This document shows positions 17,215-26,364 of a DNA stretch of 53,516 nt, in pieces (position 1 is the first letter of the stretch; the number at the start of each line of letters is the position of its first letter). The translations under genes and the position numbers were made by a program. The stretch lies in the IMG/VR virus record IMGVR_UViG_3300037840_000123, positions 1 through 53,516 of that record; one strand, 5' to 3'. The notes under the pieces were generated by a model that was not told the origin of the DNA, searched no databases, and worked only from the letters and a program-made list of their open reading frames with translations. This stretch comes from a virus (Duplodnaviria; Caudoviricetes).

Positions 17215-17690
17215 GAAGCGTTGACTTCGGCCCAGAAGGCTGCTTGACCTTCATTTTGATAGATTTGGCGCGCTTCGTCGTTCGGGGTGACTGGGAACCG
17301 GCCCGTAAGTTGCAGGTGAGGGTCATCTTGCAGTCTGAGCCAGTTGGCCCCAGAAACCAGCCCCAGAGAGACGCCAACAGCTTCCATGCGCTTCCACTGC
17401 GGGTGGGAGGCATTCCAGTCCACTGAGCCATCAGGATTGAGCACAGCGCAGTCACAGGCTACTCCGAAATTATGCCAGGATTCTCCACCTTTGGCGTTGG
17501 TCACGATATTCCCTGGTGCCGTTCTCCCTTGTGCGTAAAGCGCATTCTGCTCAGCCCACGTCCGCAGCCCGGCGGTCACGATGATCTCAATACTTTCCTG
17601 CTCAAGCATTTCCGCAAGCGTGGTGATCTTGTCCGCCAGCGCCGGATTGACGAAGGAGAGTTTAACCTCACTGGATGCATTCAGGCCCAT
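17211..17690 (-). CDS. Endolysin, M15-family (L-Ala-D-Glu-type) peptidase
   Basis: GLRT.AEQNALYAQGRT.PG.IVTNAKGGESWHNFGVACD; DDPHLQL. Confidence 0.92.
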   Translation of the reverse strand: MGLNASSEVKLSFVNPALADKITTLAEMLEQESIEIIVTAGLRTWAEQNALYAQGRTAPGNIVTNAKGGESWHNFGVACDCAVLNPDGSVDWNASHPQWKRMEAVGVSLGLVSGANWLRLQDDPHLQLTGRFPVTPNDEARQIYQNEGQAAFWAEVNAS

Positions 17691-18313
17691 GTAAACTCCG
17701 CATTCTGGATGAGTTCTGAGAACGTCCCACTGTTGGCGCCAAGATCGAGCTGCACCTGAAAGTTGGCGGAATCTGCCCAATTCGACTGTATGGCCTTCAG
17801 GTTCCCGAGACTTGAGGGTATCGGGAATATCAAACCATCAATCTCGACCGAAACAATCGAGTAGGTTTTCGCCCCAGTGTCGAACTTATAGACGTAGACA
17901 AAGGTATGCCACACGCCTGGAGTGAGCTTTCCCGGCTTGAACCCGGTGTCAATCCAGTTGCCCTGCGCGTTCGATATTTGTAGCATGCCGCCCTCGGCAT
18001 AGTTGAGTTGCGAGGAGAAGTTATAGATGTAGGTGGCAATCGAGACCTTGGTATCGAACTCCAACGCCTGTGCGGCGGTCAGGGAATCCGCATCCACCAT
18101 CACCTGAAACGACAGCGACAGGTTCCCGGTATTTGGACAGATGGGCCGGGAGATCGCCGCCAGCCAGTCGGCATATTTCGGCCCTTCGGTGTAGAGCAGC
18201 ATGAGGCCGCCAAGCTGGAAGAATCCGTAGTTGGTGGGCGAGACCCCGCCGATGTTTGCCCCGACTTCTTTCTTCCAGTCGGGGAGAGATTGAAGCTGGG
18301 AATCGGTAATCAT
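17681..18313 (-). CDS. beta-rich protein, possible ConA-like/lectin fold
   Basis: 210 aa; aromatic beta-strand pattern; GGAG RBS. Confidence 0.6.
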   Translation of the reverse strand: MITDSQLQSLPDWKKEVGANIGGVSPTNYGFFQLGGLMLLYTEGPKYADWLAAISRPICPNTGNLSLSFQVMVDADSLTAAQALEFDTKVSIATYIYNFSSQLNYAEGGMLQISNAQGNWIDTGFKPGKLTPGVWHTFVYVYKFDTGAKTYSIVSVEIDGLIFPIPSSLGNLKAIQSNWADSANFQVQLDLGANSGTFSELIQNAEFTWA

Positions 18314-18489
18314 TTGGTGGATGCTTTCTCCTGCTGATCGAAGTGAGGATACGCGATCGCCAGCAATTCCTGCACGGTAATCTTCTGTTTCAGTGTCCGC
18401 AGTTCCACCTGGATGTCGTGCTGGCCCCACGCGCTGACGTCCGCCTTCAGGATTGATCCATCCGGCGCGTCATACTCAAAGTGGGCCAT
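18310..18489 (-). CDS. small hypothetical protein
   Basis: AAGGAG RBS; MAHFEYDAPDG. Confidence 0.55.
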   Translation of the reverse strand: MAHFEYDAPDGSILKADVSAWGQHDIQVELRTLKQKITVQELLAIAYPHFDQQEKASTK

Positions 18490-18715
18490 CTTGCTCCTTT
18501 GCTGGCACTCCGGCCACGGTGACCGAGTGCGCGTCGCGCTCATCCTGGCGTCCCTGCGCCTTGGAAGCCAGCACCAGCTGATCCAGCCGGCTGTTGACCG
18601 CTTTGTGTACCTCATTCAGCTTGTAGATGACCGTAATGAGGCCACTCACTGCCACGATAAACGTAGGTGCGCCACTGATGAGCAATGCGATGTAATCTGG
18701 CTTGGCGGCTTGCAT
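18476..18715 (-). CDS. small single-TM protein (holin-like)
   Basis: IALLISGAPTFIVAVSGLITVI followed by VHKAVNSRLDQL. Confidence 0.65.
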   Translation of the reverse strand: MQAAKPDYIALLISGAPTFIVAVSGLITVIYKLNEVHKAVNSRLDQLVLASKAQGRQDERDAHSVTVAGVPAKEQDGPL

Positions 18716-18927
18716 CAGTTTGGCCTAGGAGGCTTGTCTTGATGCTCCCAATCCGTTCCAGCCCTGTCGTCTACGGTCGGCGAGTAGGGAACCGGCTCAT
18801 CGAATAGCGATGAATACTCGTAGATTGCCGAGCCATTCAGCGCAATATAGCGGGTCTTGTCCGGCCATGCGTCCCGCCATGCGATTTGACCTGCCTCCAC
18901 ATCTGCGATTGCGTCATCATAGGTCAT
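18715..18927 (-). CDS. DUF2829/Tad2-like protein
   Basis: MTYDDAIADVEAGQIAWRDAW...PYSPTVDDRAGTDWE matches the family pattern M.F..A...G....R..W...D..A.DW. Confidence 0.65.
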   Translation of the reverse strand: MTYDDAIADVEAGQIAWRDAWPDKTRYIALNGSAIYEYSSLFDEPVPYSPTVDDRAGTDWEHQDKPPRPN

Positions 18928-19262
18928 TGTGCTGCTCCCGTGTGAATGATATTTCCTTGTTCATCCCGAACCGTCTGCCAGCCAAACTCCTTGCCCGCAA
19001 AACTGCTGCATGTGCTCTGCTGCTCGAATACAACATCGTCAGTCTCGCCCGCCTCAAATTGGGGGTCGGGCATGTTCCGGCAGACATCGAACACGAACGG
19101 CTTGCCGCCGCCAACATCCACTAGATAGCGATAAGGTTCAATCGCCCGGACAACGTGCATCCGGTAGCTGCCGGTATGATCGTACTGTTCGAGTGAGTGC
19201 GCCCCCCAGCCCATCATCAGACCTATGAGAAACACGAATACCCGGAGCCCCCGCTCACTCAA
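18924..19262 (-). CDS. membrane-anchored hypothetical protein
   Basis: Probable TTG start; TM VFVFLIGLMMGWG. Confidence 0.55.
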   Translation of the reverse strand: MSERGLRVFVFLIGLMMGWGAHSLEQYDHTGSYRMHVVRAIEPYRYLVDVGGGKPFVFDVCRNMPDPQFEAGETDDVVFEQQSTCSSFAGKEFGWQTVRDEQGNIIHTGAAQ

Positions 19263-19482
19263 TGTAGGGGAACGGCTCCAGGTCGAGCTTGGACTCGAAA
19301 CGCGCACAGTTGGTGCGAAGGTCGCGGAGTTCCCGGGCCTGCCCGTCCAGTTTCTTGCCCAGCGCATCGTTACGTTCGAGATAACGTATAAACAGCTTGC
19401 AGCAAAGACCAAATATGCCACTCGCTGCAAGTAGAAGGAGGCTGTTGATAAATCCAATCCACGAAATAGCCACATCGTTCAC
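19255..19482 (-). CDS. TM + coiled-coil protein (holin-like)
   Basis: WIGFINSLLLLAASGIFGLCC followed by a heptad-like segment; start uncertain. Confidence 0.55.
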   Translation of the reverse strand: MNDVAISWIGFINSLLLLAASGIFGLCCKLFIRYLERNDALGKKLDGQARELRDLRTNCARFESKLDLEPFPYIE

Positions 19483-19499
19483 TCCCGGCGAAAGTTGGT

Positions 19500-19670
19500 T
19501 TAGCGCGGTACTATTCCGATTAGATGCCCGCCCGCACCCAAGGTCAGCAGGAAAGCCAAAAGTCCCGTCCAAAACATGATCTTGCCAATCTCAGCTAGTT
19601 TCGGATTGGCGCAGAGGGCGAACATCAGTAGACCGATGAGCGCGACGAGCAGCGAGAAATATATTTCCAT
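19500..19670 (-). CDS. 56-aa two-TM protein
   Basis: MEIYFSLLVALIGLLMFALCANPKLAEIGKIMFWTGLLAFLL...; AAGGAG RBS; absent from the ORF track. Confidence 0.7.
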   Translation of the reverse strand: MEIYFSLLVALIGLLMFALCANPKLAEIGKIMFWTGLLAFLLTLGAGGHLIGIVPR

Positions 19671-19672
19671 GG

Positions 19673-20119
19673 TTAGGCTCCTTCTTGTTTTCTTGTTTCC
19701 GGTGGTGGTGGATTTGCGATCATTGACTTTGGTAAAGGTGCTGGCATCTGCGGCAGCCAGTCCTTGAGATATGGTACTTTACTCAGCGCGAAATCCAATA
19801 GGTTATCGACGCCTAGCCCAAAGAACAGCGCGAACACGGCGTAGTGGGGAATTGCCGAGTGAAATTGCGTATTCCAGTGGAAGAATGTAAGCACGGTGCT
19901 CAAAAGCTCCGGGTAGAAGGTAAGCCAATAAACCCCGCCGCCCGCGATGGCCCGCACCAGAAGCGGAGGCCAGCAACGCTGAAAGAACTGCCCATAAGTG
20001 TTGGCAATCGGATTCGGCCCGTTGACGAGGTAGTAGGCCCGTTTGAGGATGTAGGTCAGTTCGCCGATGACGAACCAAAGCCACAGCCACGAAAGACTCC
20101 ATAGCGGATTCGTTGTCAT
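19673..20119 (-). CDS. multi-TM membrane protein (holin candidate)
   Basis: Three or more hydrophobic segments. Confidence 0.7.
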   Translation of the reverse strand: MTTNPLWSLSWLWLWFVIGELTYILKRAYYLVNGPNPIANTYGQFFQRCWPPLLVRAIAGGGVYWLTFYPELLSTVLTFFHWNTQFHSAIPHYAVFALFFGLGVDNLLDFALSKVPYLKDWLPQMPAPLPKSMIANPPPPETRKQEGA

Positions 20120-20126
20120 GGTTCCC

Positions 20127-20558
20127 TCAGTTCACATTCGGCACTGCTGTTACCGGCCCCGGCGTTTGCGGTGGTGCTGGTATCTGAGCACAACCCTCGG
20201 CTGAGAGTGTGCTCTTGAGACCTCCGCTGCCGACGGCTGCCGCTTGGTAATAGAGCGCGGTTGCCCCAGCCGGAATATTGTTGTCCTGAAAGGCCACTGT
20301 TCCGCCGCTTGAAATCAGTCCGGTCACGTAGGGCGTTGTACCCTCGGTACCGGAAGTCGTGCCGCGGTAAAGGTTGTAGCTAACTACTGTCGGCGGCTGA
20401 GTGGATGCCGCAAACGAGACCTGGACGCAAACTGCCCCTACTGGTTGACCGGGGCAACCTTGGGTGCCAATGGTCGAGCTACAGCTTGTTGCGGCCCACG
20501 CGTTCACTCCAGAAGCGCATAGCCAGCTCAAGCCGATCAGCCACGCCAGTTTTCTCAT
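20127..20558 (-). CDS. signal-peptide-bearing FN3-like protein
   Basis: MRKLAWLIGLSWLCASGVNAWA; YNLYRGTTSGTE...YYQAAAV...S. Confidence 0.7.
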   Translation of the reverse strand: MRKLAWLIGLSWLCASGVNAWAATSCSSTIGTQGCPGQPVGAVCVQVSFAASTQPPTVVSYNLYRGTTSGTEGTTPYVTGLISSGGTVAFQDNNIPAGATALYYQAAAVGSGGLKSTLSAEGCAQIPAPPQTPGPVTAVPNVN

Positions 20559-20679
20559 AAATCCTCCGCAAGACATTCTTGACCGCGCTCTCCGTGATGC
20601 CCAGCCGGAAGGCAATCCACTGGTTCTTCCAGCCGATAGCTACGAGCTTAATCACTTCCCGTTGCCGTGAATTCATCAT
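20479..20679 (-). CDS. stand-alone LuxR/GerE-type HTH protein
   Basis: SRQREVIKLVAIGWKNQWIAFRLGITESAVKNVLRRIYEKTGVADRLELA. Confidence 0.85.
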   Translation of the reverse strand: MMNSRQREVIKLVAIGWKNQWIAFRLGITESAVKNVLRRIYEKTGVADRLELAMRFWSERVGRNKL

Positions 20680-22652
20680 GGCAATAATGGATCGAGTCCT
20701 GAAAAATTAACCAACATGCTATCGAAATATACAAACCCGCCGCCAGGGACATCGGCCCCGGAGAACACACCGTAGAATATCGAAGTCCAGTTGACGGTTT
20801 GCGCCGTTCCCGTTAGTGTAGTCCCAAGCTGCGCCACGATGTAACCGCCGCTCGAATAAGCCGGTCCGGGGCAAGTCTGCGCGTACGACACATTGTTTCC
20901 GCTTACCGTGATACTGGAGAAAGTTCCGTTCCATGCTGCCGGACTAGCGTCTTCAAGAACAATCGTTTTCCCGGTAATCACATTTCCATCGGCGGGCAAT
21001 CCGGCGGTGGTCAGTGTCGTAGTTCCAGCCGTGCAGGAGGCTCCGGTTATCGGTGTCGCCGTGTAAAGCTTGATGGTGTGGTTCGTCGAGGCGTTGTTCG
21101 AGAAATAAATGTCAATCCAGTACCACTCGTTTGTGATGATGGCCCAACTGGATGTTGTGTCCGTTCCGCCTTGAGTCGTGATCTCGATGTTGCAGGCGCT
21201 TTTGACATTCGCGTCAACATAGTTGTTTCCGTTGACGCCCTTCAGGGAAATGAAGTTGCCGCCGCTGGTCGAGCAATTCGCGTCCCAGTTGAACCACATG
21301 CCAAAACTGATTGGCCCGAACGTCGAATAGCTGGACTGAAAAGAATCTCCCGGAGTAAACGCCCAGCGTTCCTGCGAAGCCCCGTCCCCCGTGAATACGG
21401 TTCCTAGAGTGCCCGCCCCGGCCGCCGTATTTGACCCATCCCCCAGTCGTCCGGGTGGACTGATTGGAGGTTTGTTGGCGGCTGTTCCCGCAGTCATCTT
21501 GCCATTTTGCGGACCTTGGTCTGCCCAATTCCCTCCCGAGAATCCGAGAGTAGAAGCAGCCAAGCACGCTGCTGTGAGGGATGAACCGTTGGTGCAACTG
21601 TCGAAGCCGATGTACATGCCCTCCGTAAAGGGCGAGGGATTGTAGCTGAATGTCATGCCGCGCGTGAAGGCCGTGGCGCTGGTGATTGTCCATGCGCAGG
21701 GAGTCGTGGTTTGCGCTCCAGCAAAACCCTCCTGAGTGCCCGCCGAGTAATTTTGGTTTGCCGCTGAATATGGCGCATTCACGGCACTGATTGCGATGTT
21801 TCCCGTGTCCCCGATAACCGCGCAGGTCTGTATTGGGCTTGTTCCGCTGGATGTCTGGGCCGGGCCTGTGATGGTGGTCGAGGCCGTGGGAATCCATTGC
21901 GCGGTGTCGTTGTCCAACCCAACCTGAGATGGACTTACACCCGGATGCCATTCAGTGATAAAGACGTGTCCTGTAGCCGTTTGCGGGACGGCCGTAGGAG
22001 TAAATGTTGCGCCGCTGGTTCCACCCGTCCAGATGTGAGAGTTATCCGGGCTGCCAGTAACCTTGTAGATCACCATCGACGAACCATTGTTACCGATGTT
22101 CACAGGAACCGGATAGTAGACAATTCCGGTCGCGCCGCTTGTCGCTTGGGTGACTGTCTCTCCGACTGTGAATGTTCCACTCGTCACCGAGCCCGCCGTG
22201 GGAGCGATGAAATAGAACGTCAGCGGCGACGTGCCGCCGTTTGTATAGGACGGAAGAACATAAGTGCATCGCGGAATCCACGTAACACTATTGAGGCCGT
22301 TGCTGCATCCAACACCGGCAAGCTGTACATTGCTTCCAGCGGATGTGCCCAGAGTATAAGTCTGCGCACCGGCAACAAAGACGGGGGAGAATGTTCCGTC
22401 GCCCAACTGGCCACTATCCGAATAAATGACGTAGAGGTTCCCAGCCGTCAGGTTGCCCGTGCTCATCGTCACTGAGGCTTGATAGACGCCCGAAGGCGAG
22501 GCATAGCCGCTTTGGACGAAGGTAATAGGGGGCGTCCCCGGAGCTACAAGCATCCCCTTGGAGATGACCATTCCCTTGGAGACCTCTATTCCCTGCCCGA
22601 AGGCGAGAGAGCATAACAGCGGAATCCAGAGACCTTTTAGTAAATGACGCAT
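20676..22652 (-). CDS. signal-peptide-bearing fibre/adhesin-like protein
   Basis: MRHLLKGLWIPLLCSLAFG-Q; Gly/Ser/Thr-rich beta domains; ConA-like segment near the C-terminus. Confidence 0.75.
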   Translation of the reverse strand: MRHLLKGLWIPLLCSLAFGQGIEVSKGMVISKGMLVAPGTPPITFVQSGYASPSGVYQASVTMSTGNLTAGNLYVIYSDSGQLGDGTFSPVFVAGAQTYTLGTSAGSNVQLAGVGCSNGLNSVTWIPRCTYVLPSYTNGGTSPLTFYFIAPTAGSVTSGTFTVGETVTQATSGATGIVYYPVPVNIGNNGSSMVIYKVTGSPDNSHIWTGGTSGATFTPTAVPQTATGHVFITEWHPGVSPSQVGLDNDTAQWIPTASTTITGPAQTSSGTSPIQTCAVIGDTGNIAISAVNAPYSAANQNYSAGTQEGFAGAQTTTPCAWTITSATAFTRGMTFSYNPSPFTEGMYIGFDSCTNGSSLTAACLAASTLGFSGGNWADQGPQNGKMTAGTAANKPPISPPGRLGDGSNTAAGAGTLGTVFTGDGASQERWAFTPGDSFQSSYSTFGPISFGMWFNWDANCSTSGGNFISLKGVNGNNYVDANVKSACNIEITTQGGTDTTSSWAIITNEWYWIDIYFSNNASTNHTIKLYTATPITGASCTAGTTTLTTAGLPADGNVITGKTIVLEDASPAAWNGTFSSITVSGNNVSYAQTCPGPAYSSGGYIVAQLGTTLTGTAQTVNWTSIFYGVFSGADVPGGGFVYFDSMLVNFSGLDPLLP

Positions 22653-25600
22653 GTTGTACCTGGGTTCACCGATCCAGAAGGAGTTGTGCCTGTCAATGTT
22701 CCAGTGAGTAGAAACGTCCCCGATGTGCCGCTGTTCGACTGGATCACACCCGAAGAAGACCATGGCTCATTGGTAACGTTGCTGACACTCGCCCCTGTCA
22801 GGATTGTCTGATTGGAGGTTGAAGTTGTGGAAGTCACGCTCCCGGCGGTCGAAGTGCCCGTCAGGGTCGAATAGATGATTGCATTCCCATTCACTCCCAC
22901 GGGAGCCTGCGCTGCCGTGTAGCCCAGAGCAAAAGTGTCGCTTGAAGTCGATGTCGTATAGGTGCCGGAACATTGCCATGCCCAAGTCGTCGCCGTGGCC
23001 GGAAGTGTCCACGAGCAGATGGTGTAATGGGTTCCGGTCACCGTCATATTCACAACGGCTGTCAGTTTGCAGCCATCCAGGGTAAGCTGGGTCAGCGTGT
23101 TCATGCTCAGGTAGGGGGTCGTGCCTGGAGTTGTGATTGTTGGCCCCGTGCCGCTTAATGCTAGCCCCGCTCCAGTGACCGTGCCGCCCGCATTAACGTT
23201 GCCTCCGCCGATGCCGACCGAAGTCGCCGCCGTGCCCAGCGTTGTTGCAACCACTAATCCGCCGGTAATCGAGGAAGCCGCGCTGGTCGCATCGACGATG
23301 CCTAATGTGTGGCCTCGGGTAAATATCGCATTGCTGCCCGCAACCGGAGGCGTGAGATACATATTGAAAGCGTCGGTGAAAGTCTGACTCGCTGACGCTG
23401 AAGCATAAGTAGGGCCAGGAAAGAAAATCTCGCGCTGGAGAGCAATGGTTCCAGTCGTCGCCCAAGTACGGGTTCCGGTGACGCCTAAAATGCCGGGAGA
23501 TTCTGTTCCGGCTGTCTGGCCTGTATCCGTAGGAATCGTGATCTGCCAATATGGCAGCACGCCGGATGTTCGCGCAGCCGGAGTGTGGATAGTTTCTGCG
23601 GTGAAGGTGTTGATTGCCGCCCATGTTTGAGCAGCCGACAATGCACCCACGCAACCCTTGTTGGCGGTATTGAACCACGCAATCGGACAGTGAGCGGTAG
23701 AGTCCATAACGAAGCCGCTGCCGCTTGCGATGCTGGCCGGTTCCGTTCCTTCAACGCCGAATAATTCCGCTCCGGTGCCGGGAGTAGTGACCACTGGGGC
23801 CGTGCCAAAATACGCGTTACCGAGAGGGTCGACGGTGAAAACTCCCGTATTGTTGGCACGAAAATCAATGATTCTGGAGGTTGTTGCCGATGCCGTATTA
23901 GTGACATTGAACAGCAAGCCTTCCCCTGTCAAGGAGGCGTTATTCCAAAGCGCCTCGAACTGGGCCACAGGCGTAGCGACTGTATTCGTAACGCTCCCCT
24001 GAGCGACTTCTAAAGGCGTAGCTGTCGAGTTAGTCGCTGTGCTCAACGCTACAACCGCTTGATTCGCCAGCCCATTGGTCAGAGTTCCGTTTATGGCTGC
24101 CGAGGTCTCGCCCACGTCAAAGATGTCTTGCGCGTCGGTAGTTAATGCACCATTCCAAGTTTCATTGAAATTACCATTGGCGATAGTGGTATTTGCGGTC
24201 GCCGCTGTCACCGCCGAAAGCCCAAGAGAGCTGCCGCCGAAAGCGCATTTGCCGTTATAGCAATCTATGGCAACATTGGTGAGCGCGTCTGCGGGATTCG
24301 CGTCTGTAAACGAAACCTTCCCTGCAATATCAAAATCGTAATTAGCAAATCCCAGATTATTCGCGGGCGTGAGCGTATTTGAATTCTGCTGGTCGATGAA
24401 TGTGTCCGTGATCTGATTCACGCCTTGAACTACGGCACGAATGTTTGAAGCTTCGACAGTGGCCGCGGTTCCGACTTCAACCAGCGCCGTGCAGGCTCCC
24501 GTAACATGGTTTGCGCACGAGCCGTCAATCCTGTCTACATTGACCCCTGCTATAGTCGCGGGAACTGCCAGCGGACATTTAATATCGCAGACGGTGTTGG
24601 CATAGCCCAGCGCGAGGCCGATACCCTTGTTCTCGAAATGCAGGTCTTTGAGCGTGCTCAGATTAGAGTCAAACAAGAAGGCGATATTTTGGGGAGTCGC
24701 GGAGGTTGTACAACCGTGTCCATTGGCGAACGAGACATCGTGAACTTCGCGCACCGCTGTATTGATGTCCACAAAATCAATCGTGGTCGCCACGCATCCG
24801 GAGGTTCCGCCGTCGTACGGCCCGAAGAATAGATGCTCATAAGGGCCGGAATCCTGAGCCTGGCCACCTTCGACATCGAGACCGATGTCGGTATAACCCT
24901 GAAATATTACGTTCGCGTACTTCGACTGTTCCGCCGAGAACCAGTTCATGCCCGCATCGCATCCCGCGATCTGGTTGCAGCCCAGCGTCATATTCTGAAT
25001 GACGATTCCGTAAGTAGCGGAGGGCGTGCCACTCTGCGAGTCGATTCCTAACCCGGTCAGCGGAGCCTTGATAATCCAGTTTGCGGTCGCAGCGATTGCG
25101 CTTTGGTAGCCGGGATTCTCGGTGATGATGGCATGAGTAGAATCCGTGATTTTCCCAAGAATCCCGTAGATAACATTTGCGCCCGACCAGACCATCACTT
25201 CATCGCCAAGATTCGCCGCAGAAAACGTCAGCCCGGAGCCGCCAACCGTGAGAGTCACCGTCTGCGAGTAAGAACCGATAGGGGTCACTGCCGAGGCAGC
25301 AATCGTCGCACTGCCGAGAACTGTACACGCATTGCCGCCGGTGCCCGCTGTAGCTCCGGACTCGCAGGCAAGGAATGTTCCAGCATTCGCCAGCAAAGTG
25401 CTTCCGGCCACCGGCGTGGCTCCGGGCTTCTGTCCCATCGGCCCGCAGCCTTGCATTCCCACATTGCTGTGATTGGCGACGTTGCCGGGAACGGGAATGC
25501 CGTTGGTGAGAATAATCGGGACATTGGTCAGTGTCACCCCACACGGCATGAGGATGGTAAAACTCGCGGGAGCAGAAGCGGCGAAATAGGGGTTCACCGC

Positions 25601-26350
25601 AAGCAGCGGTTGACCACCACTTTCACTTGCTCTTGTGCCCAATTCTCCTCGCGCATCAATGACGACTCCGGTGGAATTGGAAGTGGCAGCGGCGGCCAGG
25701 GCAGCCTGAATCGCGGTGCCGGTATCGCTTCCCGTAAATGATGTGCTTTGCAGGGTCGGGCAACTTGTGGCGTAGGTGGTAGAGCCGCTTGAATTAACAA
25801 GTGGACATCCCTGGGTGCCGGAGGGTGTTCCATTCGTTGCGGTGATTGTTCCGCTGCCTGAAGTAGACAAGGAGCCGCCCGAGCCGATGACTAGCGCGTT
25901 TGTGTTGGTGCCAGACGTAATGGCGCTGAATGCGGATGATCCCGACGACGATCCCAGCTTCGAGGTCTGCTGGTTTCCGTTCAGCGAGATGCTGGCGGAA
26001 CCGCTGGTCACAGTCGCCCCGCATATCTGAAAACTGTTTCCGGCTGCAACCGTGATCCAGTAGGTGCCATTGGCGGTGATCGTAGACTGCGAAGTGGATG
26101 ACCCATAAGGAGTCACGGAGACATTAGAGGCGCTGTTACCGATAGTGAGAACAGCTTGGAGCGTCCCCGACCAGACGGTAGAGCCAACGCCGATGCCTAT
26201 TGTGCCGGATTTCGAGAGGTCAAGCGATGGCGTACAACTGGATCCGCCGCCAGTGGATGGAATCGAGTAAGGGCCGGCGGAAGTGACGTTCTGGGAGAGC
26301 GCCGATGCCGTCAGCAGGATGAGAGATGCGATCAGTATGCGTATGCTCAA
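22637..26350 (-). CDS. signal-peptide-bearing tailspike/fibre-like protein (about 1237 aa)
   Basis: AGGAGG RBS + TTG; (M)SIRILIASLILLTASALS-Q; DTGTAIQAALAAA followed by beta-helix-like repeats. Confidence 0.75.
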   Translation of the reverse strand: MSIRILIASLILLTASALSQNVTSAGPYSIPSTGGGSSCTPSLDLSKSGTIGIGVGSTVWSGTLQAVLTIGNSASNVSVTPYGSSTSQSTITANGTYWITVAAGNSFQICGATVTSGSASISLNGNQQTSKLGSSSGSSAFSAITSGTNTNALVIGSGGSLSTSGSGTITATNGTPSGTQGCPLVNSSGSTTYATSCPTLQSTSFTGSDTGTAIQAALAAAATSNSTGVVIDARGELGTRASESGGQPLLAVNPYFAASAPASFTILMPCGVTLTNVPIILTNGIPVPGNVANHSNVGMQGCGPMGQKPGATPVAGSTLLANAGTFLACESGATAGTGGNACTVLGSATIAASAVTPIGSYSQTVTLTVGGSGLTFSAANLGDEVMVWSGANVIYGILGKITDSTHAIITENPGYQSAIAATANWIIKAPLTGLGIDSQSGTPSATYGIVIQNMTLGCNQIAGCDAGMNWFSAEQSKYANVIFQGYTDIGLDVEGGQAQDSGPYEHLFFGPYDGGTSGCVATTIDFVDINTAVREVHDVSFANGHGCTTSATPQNIAFLFDSNLSTLKDLHFENKGIGLALGYANTVCDIKCPLAVPATIAGVNVDRIDGSCANHVTGACTALVEVGTAATVEASNIRAVVQGVNQITDTFIDQQNSNTLTPANNLGFANYDFDIAGKVSFTDANPADALTNVAIDCYNGKCAFGGSSLGLSAVTAATANTTIANGNFNETWNGALTTDAQDIFDVGETSAAINGTLTNGLANQAVVALSTATNSTATPLEVAQGSVTNTVATPVAQFEALWNNASLTGEGLLFNVTNTASATTSRIIDFRANNTGVFTVDPLGNAYFGTAPVVTTPGTGAELFGVEGTEPASIASGSGFVMDSTAHCPIAWFNTANKGCVGALSAAQTWAAINTFTAETIHTPAARTSGVLPYWQITIPTDTGQTAGTESPGILGVTGTRTWATTGTIALQREIFFPGPTYASASASQTFTDAFNMYLTPPVAGSNAIFTRGHTLGIVDATSAASSITGGLVVATTLGTAATSVGIGGGNVNAGGTVTGAGLALSGTGPTITTPGTTPYLSMNTLTQLTLDGCKLTAVVNMTVTGTHYTICSWTLPATATTWAWQCSGTYTTSTSSDTFALGYTAAQAPVGVNGNAIIYSTLTGTSTAGSVTSTTSTSNQTILTGASVSNVTNEPWSSSGVIQSNSGTSGTFLLTGTLTGTTPSGSVNPGTTCVIY

Positions 26351-26364
26351 TTTGCCTCCTTTTC

